A DNA stretch of 64,000 nt, from NCBI GenBank assembly GCA_902619265.1, contig CACNDL010000004.1:2513-66512 (forward strand), given 5' to 3'. A model generated the notes under the pieces. The model was not told where the DNA came from and made no database searches. It was given only the letters and a program-made list of their open reading frames with translations. Positions 36,917 to 47,269 of the stretch are shown here, piece by piece. Both the position numbers and the translations under genes were made by a program. This stretch comes from an uncultured SAR86 cluster bacterium. Its GTDB lineage: Bacteria > Pseudomonadota > Gammaproteobacteria > Magnimaribacterales > TMED112. Each line of letters begins with the position of its first letter. Position 1 is the first letter of the stretch.

Positions 36917-37723
36917 ATGGAATTTAAATTCAAGCGTGAGATAGCAGAAACATTAGGTCTGAATACTGCAGTTCTGTTGGAGTACATAACAAATTCTGAG
37001 TTGCAAAAATGTAAAATTGAATTTCTGCTGAAAGAATTGAGTTTTTGGGACGAGAATGAGTTAATGAGTTTACTAATTGACTTAAATGTCAGGGGCCTAA
37101 TTGACCTGGATACAGAAAAAAAATTAGTTTCACTCACAAAAGGGCAGCCAAAAACAAAACTTCAAACTCCAAAGAAAATTAAAAGATCAAACATTGCTTC
37201 TGATTGGAGTCCTACGGACGACGTTCTTGAAATATTAGTGCGGTCTGGTATGGAAGAATCATTCATAAAGGAACTTATTCCTGAATTTGTTATTTATTGG
37301 TCAGAAAGACCTGATGTTTTAATTTCTTATAATTCAAAATTTATCGAACATGCAAGATTAAAGTGGGCGCAATTTAATGCTGAAGTAGATACGAAAAAAT
37401 CTCCTACTGTTATTGATAATTCTTGGACACCATCTGACGATTGCATGGACATAATTAAAATGACAGGTATAGATATAGAGTTTGCAGAAAAATATTTACC
37501 TGAATTCATACTTTATTGGAAAGAAGATGGCAGAGCTTTTACATCTTGGGACATTAAATTTCTAGATTTCATAAAGAAAAAATGGAATTTTAATGTTGAA
37601 GATTCATCTAATGGACATAAAGAAGAATTTGACTTTTTTGATCCTTATAAGGAGACTGTAGGATCTCCAGACAAAAGTAATAGTGATACTTTAGCTAATT
37701 TGAGAGAGAAATATAAAATTTAA
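36917..37723 (+). CDS. Protein with two tandem DnaT-like ssDNA-binding domains
   Basis: Internal repeat W[ST]P..D...I....G.......PEF..YW.......KF; wHTH-like N-terminus IAETLGLNTAVLL. Confidence 0.6.
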   Translation: MEFKFKREIAETLGLNTAVLLEYITNSELQKCKIEFLLKELSFWDENELMSLLIDLNVRGLIDLDTEKKLVSLTKGQPKTKLQTPKKIKRSNIASDWSPTDDVLEILVRSGMEESFIKELIPEFVIYWSERPDVLISYNSKFIEHARLKWAQFNAEVDTKKSPTVIDNSWTPSDDCMDIIKMTGIDIEFAEKYLPEFILYWKEDGRAFTSWDIKFLDFIKKKWNFNVEDSSNGHKEEFDFFDPYKETVGSPDKSNSDTLANLREKYKI

Positions 37724-38722
37724 ATGAACAAGAAAAATTTAAGAGCTTCAGGTGTAATACTTTTTTTTACAGTTATATGGATGATTTCTGGTTATTTTGC
37801 GCAAACAGAGCCGGAAGAATACGTAGCACCAGTTTCTAAAGAAGTTGTTCTAGTAAATAACTCAAAAGCAGTCGACTATAGACTGCCAGTCACTGTGAAA
37901 GCTGAATCCCAAGCTTTTTCAAAAGTAGATGTTAAATCTCAAACTTCAGAAAAAGTTGTTGAAGTTGGTTTTGCTGATGGTGATTATGCCAAGAAAGATG
38001 ATGTAATTTGCAAACTTGACTCAGGCCAAAGAGAGGCTAACTTTAAGAAAAGTAAAATTGATTACGATTCTTCTATTGAGCTAAAGAAAAAAGGATTAAT
38101 TTCAGAATCAGCTTTAGTAACAACTGAAACAGTATTCGAGAGTGCAAAAATAGAATTAGAAAGAACTGAAATTAAAGCGCCCTTTGATGGCTTCGTCGAA
38201 AATCTAGCTAAAAAAGGACAACTTCTTCAAAATGGACAAAACTGTGCTTCGATAATTTCTCTGACACCATTGAAAATAGTGGGAAATGTGTCCGAAATGA
38301 TGGTGGCAAAAATTAAACCTGGGCTAGATGCTGAGATTAATTTTATATCAGGTGAAAAATATAATACTGAGGTTTCATTTATAAGTTCTGCTGCAGACAC
38401 TAGGACTAGGACATTTAGGGTTGAGGCTGAGTTAGATAATGCAGATCTAAATATCAAAGATGGGTTGACTGGAGAATTAATAATCTATACTGAGCCAGTT
38501 AAAGCACACTTTATTCCGACTTCAGCCTTCTTGCTTGGGGACCAAGGTAATGTAGCACTTGCTACTGTTTTAAATGATGTGGTGCAGATTATGGATGTAC
38601 AGATACTAATCGATACTGTCCAAGGTGCCTGGATAACCGGTATCCCTGATGAAACTAATGTTATCGTTGGTGGTCAAGGCTTTGTCAAAGATGGTGATGA
38701 AGTAATTTCAAAATATAGATAA
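37724..38722 (+). CDS. RND efflux membrane-fusion protein
   Basis: N-terminal TM helix, IKAPFDG, TRTFRVE; coupled to the RND permease. Confidence 0.88.
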   Translation: MNKKNLRASGVILFFTVIWMISGYFAQTEPEEYVAPVSKEVVLVNNSKAVDYRLPVTVKAESQAFSKVDVKSQTSEKVVEVGFADGDYAKKDDVICKLDSGQREANFKKSKIDYDSSIELKKKGLISESALVTTETVFESAKIELERTEIKAPFDGFVENLAKKGQLLQNGQNCASIISLTPLKIVGNVSEMMVAKIKPGLDAEINFISGEKYNTEVSFISSAADTRTRTFRVEAELDNADLNIKDGLTGELIIYTEPVKAHFIPTSAFLLGDQGNVALATVLNDVVQIMDVQILIDTVQGAWITGIPDETNVIVGGQGFVKDGDEVISKYR

Positions 38723-41700
38723 TGGGAATTGTTAAAACAGCGGTAAGCAAGTTTAGAACCACTCTCCTTGTAATGATTTTCTTAATTATTATGGGTATGT
38801 TTGGAAGAGCAGCAATGCCTATTGCCTCTAACCCTAATATTCAATTTCCATTTGTGAATGTTTCAGTATTTTTAGAGGGTGCTGCACCTGAGGATATGGC
38901 ACGAATTGTTGCAAAACCATTAGAAAACAGATTTTTACGTCTCGAAGGCCAAGAACAAGTAAGATCGATAAATACACAAAGTTTCACTAATTTAACCATT
39001 CAATATGATGTTGATTATGATATGGATCAAGCAATTTTAGACGTAGAAAGAGCTATTGGTGAAGTAAGAAATCAATTACCCCCAGAAGCAAATGATCCTA
39101 TTGTAAGAGAAAGATCTGACAATGATTGGCCAATATTAATTTATAGCATATATGGTTTTTCAAATCTCAGATCTGGATACGCCGTCGCCCAAGAAATTCA
39201 AGACAGATTTGAAAAAGTCCCAGGCGTTTTGGGCGTCGAAATTGGTGGTGTACCTGAAGAGCTTTTAGAAGTTGAAGTATCACAAGCAAAATTAGAAAGC
39301 TTGGGTGTTAGTCTCACTGAAATTTACAGCGCTGTGCGAAATAATAACGTTTTAATACCTGCAGGCTTTCAAGATACAGGTTCGGGAAAATTTGCAGTAG
39401 AAATTCCAAGTATATTTGAGACAAGACAGGATGTTTTTGACCTTCCAATCAAATCCGATGGCAATAAAGTCGTGAAAATGGGTGATGTTGCCGATATTAA
39501 AAGAACATTTAAAGACCCAAGTAGTTTTTCTAGGATTAATGGTTTTGATGCAATTTCTCTTTCAATAACTAAAAGAGTTGGTTTTAATGAATTGGATATT
39601 GCTCAAGCTGTGCAAGCAGAAGTTGAAAAAATTAGAGAAGATTTCCCAGATGACTTAATCATACAGCCTGGACTAGATACAACAAAATTTGCTGGTGATA
39701 TGGTTTCTGAACTTGAAGGAAATATAATCACAGCTGTAATACTTGTAATGGTCCTAGTTGTGGCAACGCTTGGTCTGAGAAATGGACTTATTGTTGGTAT
39801 TGCCATTCCCTTCTCTTTTCTGGTTGGTTTTGGAATTCTACACTTCTTTATAGGATACGAATTTAATTTTCTCGTAATGTTCGGGATGTTGCTAGGTTTG
39901 GGTATGCTTATTGATGGCGGGATCGTGATTGTTGAGTACGCCGACAAATTAATCGACAAAGGTCTGTCTCGAAAAGAAGCATATACGAACGCTGCTGAAA
40001 GAATGTTTACACCGGTTTTTGCTTCAGTTCTAACAACACTAGCAGCCTTTTCACCACTTATGATTTGGCCAGGAATATCAGGCAAATTTATGCGTTACTT
40101 GCCAGTAACAGTTTTTGTTATCTTGGCGGCTTCATTAGCATACGCATTAATCTTTGCACCAGTTATTGGATCTTTATTAGGAAGAAGAAAAAAAGCTAAT
40201 GACACAAATAATGATAGTGATGACACGCCTTTAAAAAAATCATATAGAAAAGCAATAAATTTTGCGGTTAAAAATCCAGTTGAGTCAGTTGCTTACACTT
40301 TTTTAACTATGTTTTTAATCTTAGGAAACATCGTTCCAAATTATGGTAAACAGTTTGTATATTTCCCTTCAGTTGAACCTTGGTTGATTGAGGCTGATAT
40401 TCAAGCTAGAGGAAACTTATCACCGTACGAAGCCAGGGACTTTGCAATAGATGCTGAACAAAAATTGATTGCAGTAAAAGGAGTGGATGATCTTAATATT
40501 AGCGTTTCCGGTGGCGGTGGAAGTGGTGACGGAGTTGGAAGAGGTTATATAGTCTTAGAAGATCCTAAAGAACTAGACATCACAGGTTTTGAGGTATTAG
40601 CCCTATTAAGAGAAGCAGTCTCTGATATATCAGGATATAAACTTAGCATAAGAGAAGTTCAGGAAGGGCCTGGTCAATTCAGTGCACCCGTAGAAATACA
40701 GCTAATGAGTGAAGATTTAGGTCTTATTGAAAGAAAGACACGAGAACTGAGAAATTATATTGATCAAAATATTGAAGGTCTCACTGGGGTTAATGACACG
40801 TTACCTAAATATAAAATTGAATGGAAAATTGATGTAGATAAAGAGAGAGCCTTTCAATCAGGCATAAGCCTATATGATATAGGGTCGACCATCCAAATGG
40901 TTACAACAGGCATAATGCTTGGAGAATATAGACCAGATGATTCTAAAGAAGAGATCGATATAAGAGCTAGATTTGCCAAAGATAAAAGAACATTGTCGAA
41001 TCTTGAAAATATAACCGTTAATTCCAGAAATGGAGCAGTACCTGTATCAAGTTTTGTTGATGTCGAAGCTCGCCCAAATGCAGCTAGTCTTGTAAGAAGA
41101 GACGGCCAGTTTTTTTATGAAATTAATGCTACTAATGTGCCAGGTTTTAACTTAAATGGTGAAATCAACAAGATTCAACAATGGATAGATGATACTGGTT
41201 TTGATGATCCTAGAATGGATATAACATTCGGTGGGTTAACTGAAAGAGGTGCAGAAGCAACTGACTTTCTAATTCAGGCATTCTATGGCGCTCTATTCTT
41301 AATGTTCATAATTTTAGTTACCCAGTTCAATAGTATTTCTCAACCAATAGTTATTCTTTTGTCGGTATTATTTTCAACAGCAGGAGTATTTTTGGGTTTA
41401 ACTGTCACTGGATCAGAGCCGTCAACCATTATGACTGGAACTGCCTTAGTTGGTTTGGCCGGGATAGTTGTGAATAATAATATTGTATTGATCGATACCT
41501 TTAATAAATTAAGATTAGATTTTCCAGATAAGCCAGCAACTGAGTTAATAGCAGAAACTTGTATGAGTCGACTTAGACCTGTGCTTTTAACAACTGTTAC
41601 TACTATCTTTGGACTAATGTTTTTATCATTCGGGTATAGTATCGATGTAATAAATAGAGCTATTTATGAGGGAACATCGACAGTTAAATGGTACCAAGTG

Positions 41701-41865
41701 TTTGGAATAAGTATTTGTTGGGGCTTAGGTTTTAGCACTATTATTACCTTGTTAGTAACCCCATCATTCTTAATGATTCTTGAAAATCTCAAAGAGTACA
41801 GAATGAGTGCGAGGAATTTTGTTACATCAATACCTAATAAAATAGGCACGCTTTTTAAAAGTTAA
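38722..41865 (+). CDS. RND efflux permease (AcrB/D/F family)
   Basis: 1047 aa, GMLIDGGIVIVE, GIVVNNNIVLID, RLRPVLLT. Confidence 0.93.
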   Translation: MGIVKTAVSKFRTTLLVMIFLIIMGMFGRAAMPIASNPNIQFPFVNVSVFLEGAAPEDMARIVAKPLENRFLRLEGQEQVRSINTQSFTNLTIQYDVDYDMDQAILDVERAIGEVRNQLPPEANDPIVRERSDNDWPILIYSIYGFSNLRSGYAVAQEIQDRFEKVPGVLGVEIGGVPEELLEVEVSQAKLESLGVSLTEIYSAVRNNNVLIPAGFQDTGSGKFAVEIPSIFETRQDVFDLPIKSDGNKVVKMGDVADIKRTFKDPSSFSRINGFDAISLSITKRVGFNELDIAQAVQAEVEKIREDFPDDLIIQPGLDTTKFAGDMVSELEGNIITAVILVMVLVVATLGLRNGLIVGIAIPFSFLVGFGILHFFIGYEFNFLVMFGMLLGLGMLIDGGIVIVEYADKLIDKGLSRKEAYTNAAERMFTPVFASVLTTLAAFSPLMIWPGISGKFMRYLPVTVFVILAASLAYALIFAPVIGSLLGRRKKANDTNNDSDDTPLKKSYRKAINFAVKNPVESVAYTFLTMFLILGNIVPNYGKQFVYFPSVEPWLIEADIQARGNLSPYEARDFAIDAEQKLIAVKGVDDLNISVSGGGGSGDGVGRGYIVLEDPKELDITGFEVLALLREAVSDISGYKLSIREVQEGPGQFSAPVEIQLMSEDLGLIERKTRELRNYIDQNIEGLTGVNDTLPKYKIEWKIDVDKERAFQSGISLYDIGSTIQMVTTGIMLGEYRPDDSKEEIDIRARFAKDKRTLSNLENITVNSRNGAVPVSSFVDVEARPNAASLVRRDGQFFYEINATNVPGFNLNGEINKIQQWIDDTGFDDPRMDITFGGLTERGAEATDFLIQAFYGALFLMFIILVTQFNSISQPIVILLSVLFSTAGVFLGLTVTGSEPSTIMTGTALVGLAGIVVNNNIVLIDTFNKLRLDFPDKPATELIAETCMSRLRPVLLTTVTTIFGLMFLSFGYSIDVINRAIYEGTSTVKWYQVFGISICWGLGFSTIITLLVTPSFLMILENLKEYRMSARNFVTSIPNKIGTLFKS

Positions 41866-41886
41866 AAACTTAAGTAAAATTTTATA

Positions 41887-42099
41887 ATGGCAAAATTTGA
41901 AGAATCTATAAAAGAACTCGAAAAAATTGTTAAGGCTCTTGAAGATGGTGAGCCTAGCCTAGATGAATCATTAAAGAGTTTTGAAAAAGGCATATCGTTA
42001 ATTAAGGTGTGTCAGAAAGAGCTTGAATCAGCTGAAAACAAAATAAAAGAGTTAACTGAAGACGGCGAAACAAAAACTTTTGAAAGTGACGAATCTTAG
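41887..42099 (+). CDS. xseB: Exodeoxyribonuclease VII small subunit
   Basis: [18 protein letters not shown]...FEKGI; xseB-ispA-dxs synteny. Confidence 0.93.
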   Translation: MAKFEESIKELEKIVKALEDGEPSLDESLKSFEKGISLIKVCQKELESAENKIKELTEDGETKTFESDES

Positions 42100-42955
42100 T
42101 TTAGATAACTTTGAAGTAGAGCTTCAAAAAAGAATAAATAATCAACTTAATTCTTATTTAAATTCAAATAATCAAATCCAAGAAGCAATTAAGTTTGCAC
42201 TTTCAGCTCCTGGAAAACGTGTAAGACCGACTTTAATATACCTAGTAGGTGATCTTTATAATGTAGCGTTGGAAGATTTAGATTCACTTGCTCTAGCAGC
42301 AGAAATCATTCATACCTACTCTCTTGTTCATGATGATCTGCCCTGCATGGATGACGATGATCTTCGAAGAGGCCAACCAACTCTTCATAAAAAATATTCA
42401 GAGGCAACTGCTGTGCTCGCTGGTGATGCTATGCAATCATTAGCAATCCAGATCATTCTTGATGATCACAAACTATCAGACGAACTTAAAGTTTCAATAG
42501 TAAAGCTTTTGATGGAAAAAATTGGCTATGAGGGCATGATACTTGGACAAGCATTAGACATAAGTTTTGAGCAAGAATCTGCAAATAAAGATGAGATAAT
42601 TCAAATGAATTATTTGAAAACCGGCCTACTTATTGAATTTTGTATATTAGCACCCTTAATGATTGCTAAACAGTCTGAGAAAGAGTGGACTGGAATTGCA
42701 AGAAATATTGGTATAGCTTTTCAATTAATTGATGACTTGCTTGATTTAGAGGAGTCAGAAGAAAGTTTGGGCAAAGCAACCAATAAAGATCATTCTAAAA
42801 ACAAAAAAAATCTTCCTTTATTAGTGGGCCCATCAGAAACTATGAATGAGATTAAAAAATTTCAACATGAAACATTGGAATCATTATCAAAATTGAGTTT
42901 AAATAATCACCCATTTAAGTTTTACGTAGAAAACTTATTTAATAGAAGAAATTAA
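42080..42955 (+). CDS. ispA: Farnesyl diphosphate synthase
   Basis: [30 protein letters not shown]. Confidence 0.92.
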   Translation: MKVTNLSLDNFEVELQKRINNQLNSYLNSNNQIQEAIKFALSAPGKRVRPTLIYLVGDLYNVALEDLDSLALAAEIIHTYSLVHDDLPCMDDDDLRRGQPTLHKKYSEATAVLAGDAMQSLAIQIILDDHKLSDELKVSIVKLLMEKIGYEGMILGQALDISFEQESANKDEIIQMNYLKTGLLIEFCILAPLMIAKQSEKEWTGIARNIGIAFQLIDDLLDLEESEESLGKATNKDHSKNKKNLPLLVGPSETMNEIKKFQHETLESLSKLSLNNHPFKFYVENLFNRRN

Positions 42956-44811
42956 TGAAAATTTTTAAAGAGTTTCCCAAAGATAAACCAAAGAGCATTC
43001 TACTTGATAAAGTAAATTTTCCTGCTGATTTAAAACAACTAAATTTAAGTGAGCTAGAGGTTTTGGCTGACGAATTAAGAGAATTCTTGCTTTATTCTGT
43101 GAGTCAGTCTGGAGGCCATTTTGGTGCAGGATTGGGCGCCATTGAACTAACTATTGCATTGCATTACGTTTTGGATCTGCCGAACGATAAAATTGTATGG
43201 GATACAGGACATCAAGCCTATCCTCATAAAATTCTTACCGGCAGGAAAGATAAGATGCATAAAATAAGACAACTAGATGGCTTAGCTGCATTTCCATCAA
43301 TCACAGAATCTGAATACGATGCCATGAGTGTTGGTCATTCCAGTACATCCATAAGTGCATCATTAGGCATGAACGAAGCTAATCAATTATTGAAAGGTAA
43401 CAAAACTATATTTTCAGTTATTGGGGATGGCGCTATGACAGCTGGTCTTGCATTTGAAGGTCTTATGCATGCCGGCCATCTTGGCAGGGACCTAAATATC
43501 ATTTTGAATGATAACGATATGTCTATTTCAAAAAATAAGGGGGGCTTATCAGATTATTTAGCTAAAGTATGGGCATCAAAAAGTTATAAAAAACTTAAAT
43601 CAAGTGGTAAGAAAGTTCTTAAAAACTTACCTTTTGGATTACATATTTCTCGATCACTCAAAGATGGTTTGAAATCAGCTGTAATGCCAGGAAATTTATT
43701 TGAAGATCTTGGCATGCATTATATAGGACCAATTGATGGCCATGATGTGAAATTGCTAGTCAAGACTCTTGAAAGAATGAAAGAAAAGTCAGAGCCTTAT
43801 TTGCTTCACATTATTACAAAAAAAGGTGCAGGGTTTGAACCTGCAGAAAACGAAAGAATAAAATTCCATGCTATTTCAAAAATTGAGAAAAATCCCTCTA
43901 AATCACAAATAAAATTTCAAGATATTTTCGGTGAGTGGCTTTGTGATAAAGCTGAGATAGAAAAAAAATTAGTTGCCATCACTCCTGCAATGACAGAGGG
44001 TTCTGGTATGGTAAATTTTGAGAAACAGTATCCTGAAAGATTTTATGATGTTGCAATTGCAGAGCAACATGCAGTGACATTTGGGGCTGGTTTAGCCTTA
44101 GGCGGCATGAAGCCAGTGGTTGCAATATACTCAACTTTTTTACAAAGGGCATATGATCAACTTATCCATGATGTATGTTTAGAAAATATTGATGTTACAT
44201 TTGCTTTGGATAGAGCTGGGATCGTAGGTGAAGATGGCCCTACTCATTCTGGAAGTTTTGATATAAGTTTTATGCGCTGTATCCCCAATTTAGTAATTGC
44301 AACACCCTCTGACGAAGATGAAACAAGAATCCTGCTGAATACATGTTTTGAATACGAAGGTCCAGCTGCAGTAAGGTACCCGAGAGGTAGTGGCTGTGGT
44401 GCTCAAGTGAATAAAGAGTTATCAACAGTGGAAATTGGTAAAGGCAAAAAAATAAATGAGGGTAATGATGTATGCATTTTAAACTTTGGGGTGCTGATTG
44501 ACAGAGCTTTGGAAATTGTTCAGGAAACAAATTATGGTTTATGTGATATGCGATTTGTAAAACCACTGGACGAAGAATTAATCGATGAAATATGTAATAA
44601 ATATTCGAAAATAGTAACGCTTGAAGATCATACCACTAAAGGTGGCTGTGGAAGTGCAGTAAATGAATACCTTTTAAGCAAAAAAATTACTATACCAGTG
44701 TTAAATCTTGGTTTAGATGATGCTTTTCCAGAACATGGAAGCAGAAATGAAATTCTAAAAATCAATGGCTTAGATATTGATTCCATTAAGGAACAGATTT
44801 CGAATTTTTAG
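42955..44811 (+). CDS. dxs: 1-deoxy-D-xylulose-5-phosphate synthase
   Basis: GHQAYPHK, GHSSTSIS, GDGAMTAG, DRAGIVGEDGPTH. Confidence 0.97.
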   Translation: MKIFKEFPKDKPKSILLDKVNFPADLKQLNLSELEVLADELREFLLYSVSQSGGHFGAGLGAIELTIALHYVLDLPNDKIVWDTGHQAYPHKILTGRKDKMHKIRQLDGLAAFPSITESEYDAMSVGHSSTSISASLGMNEANQLLKGNKTIFSVIGDGAMTAGLAFEGLMHAGHLGRDLNIILNDNDMSISKNKGGLSDYLAKVWASKSYKKLKSSGKKVLKNLPFGLHISRSLKDGLKSAVMPGNLFEDLGMHYIGPIDGHDVKLLVKTLERMKEKSEPYLLHIITKKGAGFEPAENERIKFHAISKIEKNPSKSQIKFQDIFGEWLCDKAEIEKKLVAITPAMTEGSGMVNFEKQYPERFYDVAIAEQHAVTFGAGLALGGMKPVVAIYSTFLQRAYDQLIHDVCLENIDVTFALDRAGIVGEDGPTHSGSFDISFMRCIPNLVIATPSDEDETRILLNTCFEYEGPAAVRYPRGSGCGAQVNKELSTVEIGKGKKINEGNDVCILNFGVLIDRALEIVQETNYGLCDMRFVKPLDEELIDEICNKYSKIVTLEDHTTKGGCGSAVNEYLLSKKITIPVLNLGLDDAFPEHGSRNEILKINGLDIDSIKEQISNF

Positions 44812-45698
44812 AGAGAATCCCAGCCTAGATTTTTAAAATTAATATTTTTTCCAGTCTTGTCCGTCACTAAAATTTCTTTTTCTTGAGTAATGCTTCCCAA
44901 CTTGATTGAATTTGGCAAAATTTTCTTTACAAGCTCGTTGTGTTTTGAAGGACACGTAAAAAGTAATACATAATCATCTCCCCCAACTATATCTTCAATT
45001 GAATTTGTGAATACATGATCATTTATACTTACAACTGCACCCTTTTGAGATTGTTCACAAATTCTATTTAAATCTAAAAGTAAGCCATCAGACACATCAA
45101 TAGCAGAATTCAGAATAGGATTTAATGCTTTAATAGCTTCTTTTGAAAGCAATTTAGGTTTGAGATACTGATTTGGTAAATCAAATATTTGTTTTTTATA
45201 GAGCTCATACCCCTGTTTTCCATGTCCTATTGCATTTGAGACATATATTTCATCATCAACTTCAGCGCCTCCTCGTTTAATAATATTTTTGAATTTTTTC
45301 CCAAATACTGTGACAGAAATATTTAATTGTCCTTTCGTTAGATCCCCTCCAATTAAATTAGTCCCATAATCATTATTGAAATCACTAATGCCGTTAGAAA
45401 ATTGTTTAAACCATTGGTCTGAAGGTTCCGGAAGCGTAATGTTAAGCAAATAACCTTCTGGGTAAGCACCCATTGCAATAATATCTGATGCTGCAATTGC
45501 TACAGATCGATAAGCTATAAAATAAGGGTCAAAAGTGTTAGGAAAATGAACATCTACTACGGAATTATCTGAAGAAATTAATAAGTCCTCAGAGAAGGTT
45601 ATAACAGCACAATCATCCCCAATTTCAAGAGGAAACTGTTTATTTACACCGGCGCAGGGTTTTAAATATTTTTCTAGAAAATATTCTTCTTTATTCAC
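44808..45698 (-). CDS. thiL: Thiamine-monophosphate kinase
   Basis: IGDDCA, VHF, SDIIAMGA, GGDLT, IDVSDGLLLDL, GGDDY. Confidence 0.9.
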   Translation of the reverse strand: MNKEEYFLEKYLKPCAGVNKQFPLEIGDDCAVITFSEDLLISSDNSVVDVHFPNTFDPYFIAYRSVAIAASDIIAMGAYPEGYLLNITLPEPSDQWFKQFSNGISDFNNDYGTNLIGGDLTKGQLNISVTVFGKKFKNIIKRGGAEVDDEIYVSNAIGHGKQGYELYKKQIFDLPNQYLKPKLLSKEAIKALNPILNSAIDVSDGLLLDLNRICEQSQKGAVVSINDHVFTNSIEDIVGGDDYVLLFTCPSKHNELVKKILPNSIKLGSITQEKEILVTDKTGKNINFKNLGWDSL

Positions 45699-46888
45699 TA
45701 AGAGGGATATCGCTCAAACAGACCTGCTGCTCCCATACCACCACCAACACACATTGTCACAACTCCAAATTGTTGTTCTCTATTTTGAAGTTCACGCACA
45801 ATATGTCCAGTAAGTCTTGATCCTGTCATACCAAATGGATGACCAATTGCTATTGATCCACCATCAACATTCAATTTATCCATTGGAATTCCTAATTCGT
45901 CTCTACAATAGACTACTTGGACAGCAAAAGCTTCATTTAGCTCCCATAGACCAATGTCTTCTATAGTTAGATTGTTTTGAGCCAATAATTTTGGAATAGC
46001 AAAAACAGGTCCTATTCCCATTTCATCTGGATTGCAACCTACAGTTGTGAAACCTCGAAAATAAGCTTTAGGTTTCAAGCCTAATTCTAAAGCCTTGTCT
46101 TCAGACATTACTAATGTAATTGATGCTCCGTCAGACATTTGTGAAGAATTCCCAGCTGTGACACTACCGTTCTCATCAAAAACAGGTTTCAGAGCAGATA
46201 AACCTTCCATTGTTGTTGTTGGTCTATTACATTCATCTTTGACGCATTCAGCATCAACTACTTTTTGCTCTCCAGTTTCTTTGTTGGTTAAAAGCATTTG
46301 GGTTTTCATTGGAACAATTTCATCATCGTACCTGCCAGCTTCTTGTGCTTCAGCTGTTCTTAATTGGCTTTGAAGAGAATATTCATCCTGTGATTCTCTG
46401 GAGACGTTGTATCTTTTAGCTACAACTTCAGCTGTTGTCCCCATAGGAAAATATATGCCTGGATTTTCTGCATTTATTTTGTCATTAACAAATCCATTCA
46501 TGTTGATGTTTGGTTGTGTCATAGAGATAGATTCTACACCGCCTGCAATGACAGTATCATAACCTCCTGCCATAATTTGACCGGCAGCCATAGAAACAGT
46601 CTGTAAGCCTGATGAACAATACCTGTTAACGGTTGTACCGCCTACTGTAATAGGTAATTTAGATAAAATTACAGAATTTCTTCCGATATTATGGCCTGTG
46701 GCACCCTCAGGATTACCGCATCCCATAATGACATCTTCTACTGCATCTGCAGGAAGATTAGGATTCCTATTTAACATTTCATCTATGAGGTGGGAGAGCA
46801 TATCATCTCCTCTGGTCATGTTAAATGTACCTCTAAAAGATTTAGCTAAACCTGTTCTTACACTATCTACAATTACGACATTTTTCAT
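45698..46888 (-). CDS. Acetyl-CoA C-acyltransferase (thiolase)
   Basis: NRYCSSG, NEAF, GHPFGMTG, TMCVGGG; GGAG ribosome-binding site upstream. Confidence 0.95.
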   Translation of the reverse strand: MKNVVIVDSVRTGLAKSFRGTFNMTRGDDMLSHLIDEMLNRNPNLPADAVEDVIMGCGNPEGATGHNIGRNSVILSKLPITVGGTTVNRYCSSGLQTVSMAAGQIMAGGYDTVIAGGVESISMTQPNINMNGFVNDKINAENPGIYFPMGTTAEVVAKRYNVSRESQDEYSLQSQLRTAEAQEAGRYDDEIVPMKTQMLLTNKETGEQKVVDAECVKDECNRPTTTMEGLSALKPVFDENGSVTAGNSSQMSDGASITLVMSEDKALELGLKPKAYFRGFTTVGCNPDEMGIGPVFAIPKLLAQNNLTIEDIGLWELNEAFAVQVVYCRDELGIPMDKLNVDGGSIAIGHPFGMTGSRLTGHIVRELQNREQQFGVVTMCVGGGMGAAGLFERYPS

Positions 46889-46905
46889 ATTTATCTCCGA
46901 AAAAA

Positions 46906-47220
46906 TTATTTTAACTTGTTTTCTTCATCATTTAAATCAAGTTTCTTATACCAGGCTGGGATAATATCAATACCAAGCTTTTGTGCTCTTTTGAGTAGAT
47001 ATGGAATAGTTATTGGTGAAAATGGTAGGACCAAAAGTATCCCAAACCCTGCACCTTTCAATATTTCTCTCAGTTGATTATTTGCTAACTTCAGGTATTT
47101 CTTATCGTCCGTCTCTAGATAAGTGTAAAAATTATCTAACATCTCAGTATTAGCTTCGTTTTCTTCTCTTAAAGCATTTACTAAGTTTTCAAGATATTTA
47201 TTGATTGTTTTAAATTCCAT
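46906..47220 (-). CDS. Hypothetical protein (possibly LETM1-like helical hairpin)
   Basis: 104-aa ORF filling the gap; ANNQLREILKGAGFGILLVLPFSPITIP hydrophobic segment. Confidence 0.6.
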   Translation of the reverse strand: MEFKTINKYLENLVNALREENEANTEMLDNFYTYLETDDKKYLKLANNQLREILKGAGFGILLVLPFSPITIPYLLKRAQKLGIDIIPAWYKKLDLNDEENKLK

Positions 47221-47249
47221 AAAAAAACCTCTGCCGAAGCAGAGGTTTT
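47221..47249 (-). terminator. Intrinsic terminator downstream of the TonB-dependent receptor
   Basis: Minus strand AAAACCTCTGC-TTCG-GCAGAGGTTTTTTT: C(UUCG)G tetraloop hairpin plus U7. Confidence 0.9.
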
Positions 47250-47269
47250 ATTATATAAAATCTTATGTA

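Noticed and set aside
21897-40085. Long antisense ORFs (21897-22430, 25730-26377, 28403-28846, 39603-40085) and similar short ones elsewhere
   Set aside because: They lie wholly opposite well-supported genes, have Ser/Ile/Phe-rich shadow composition, and show no motifs.
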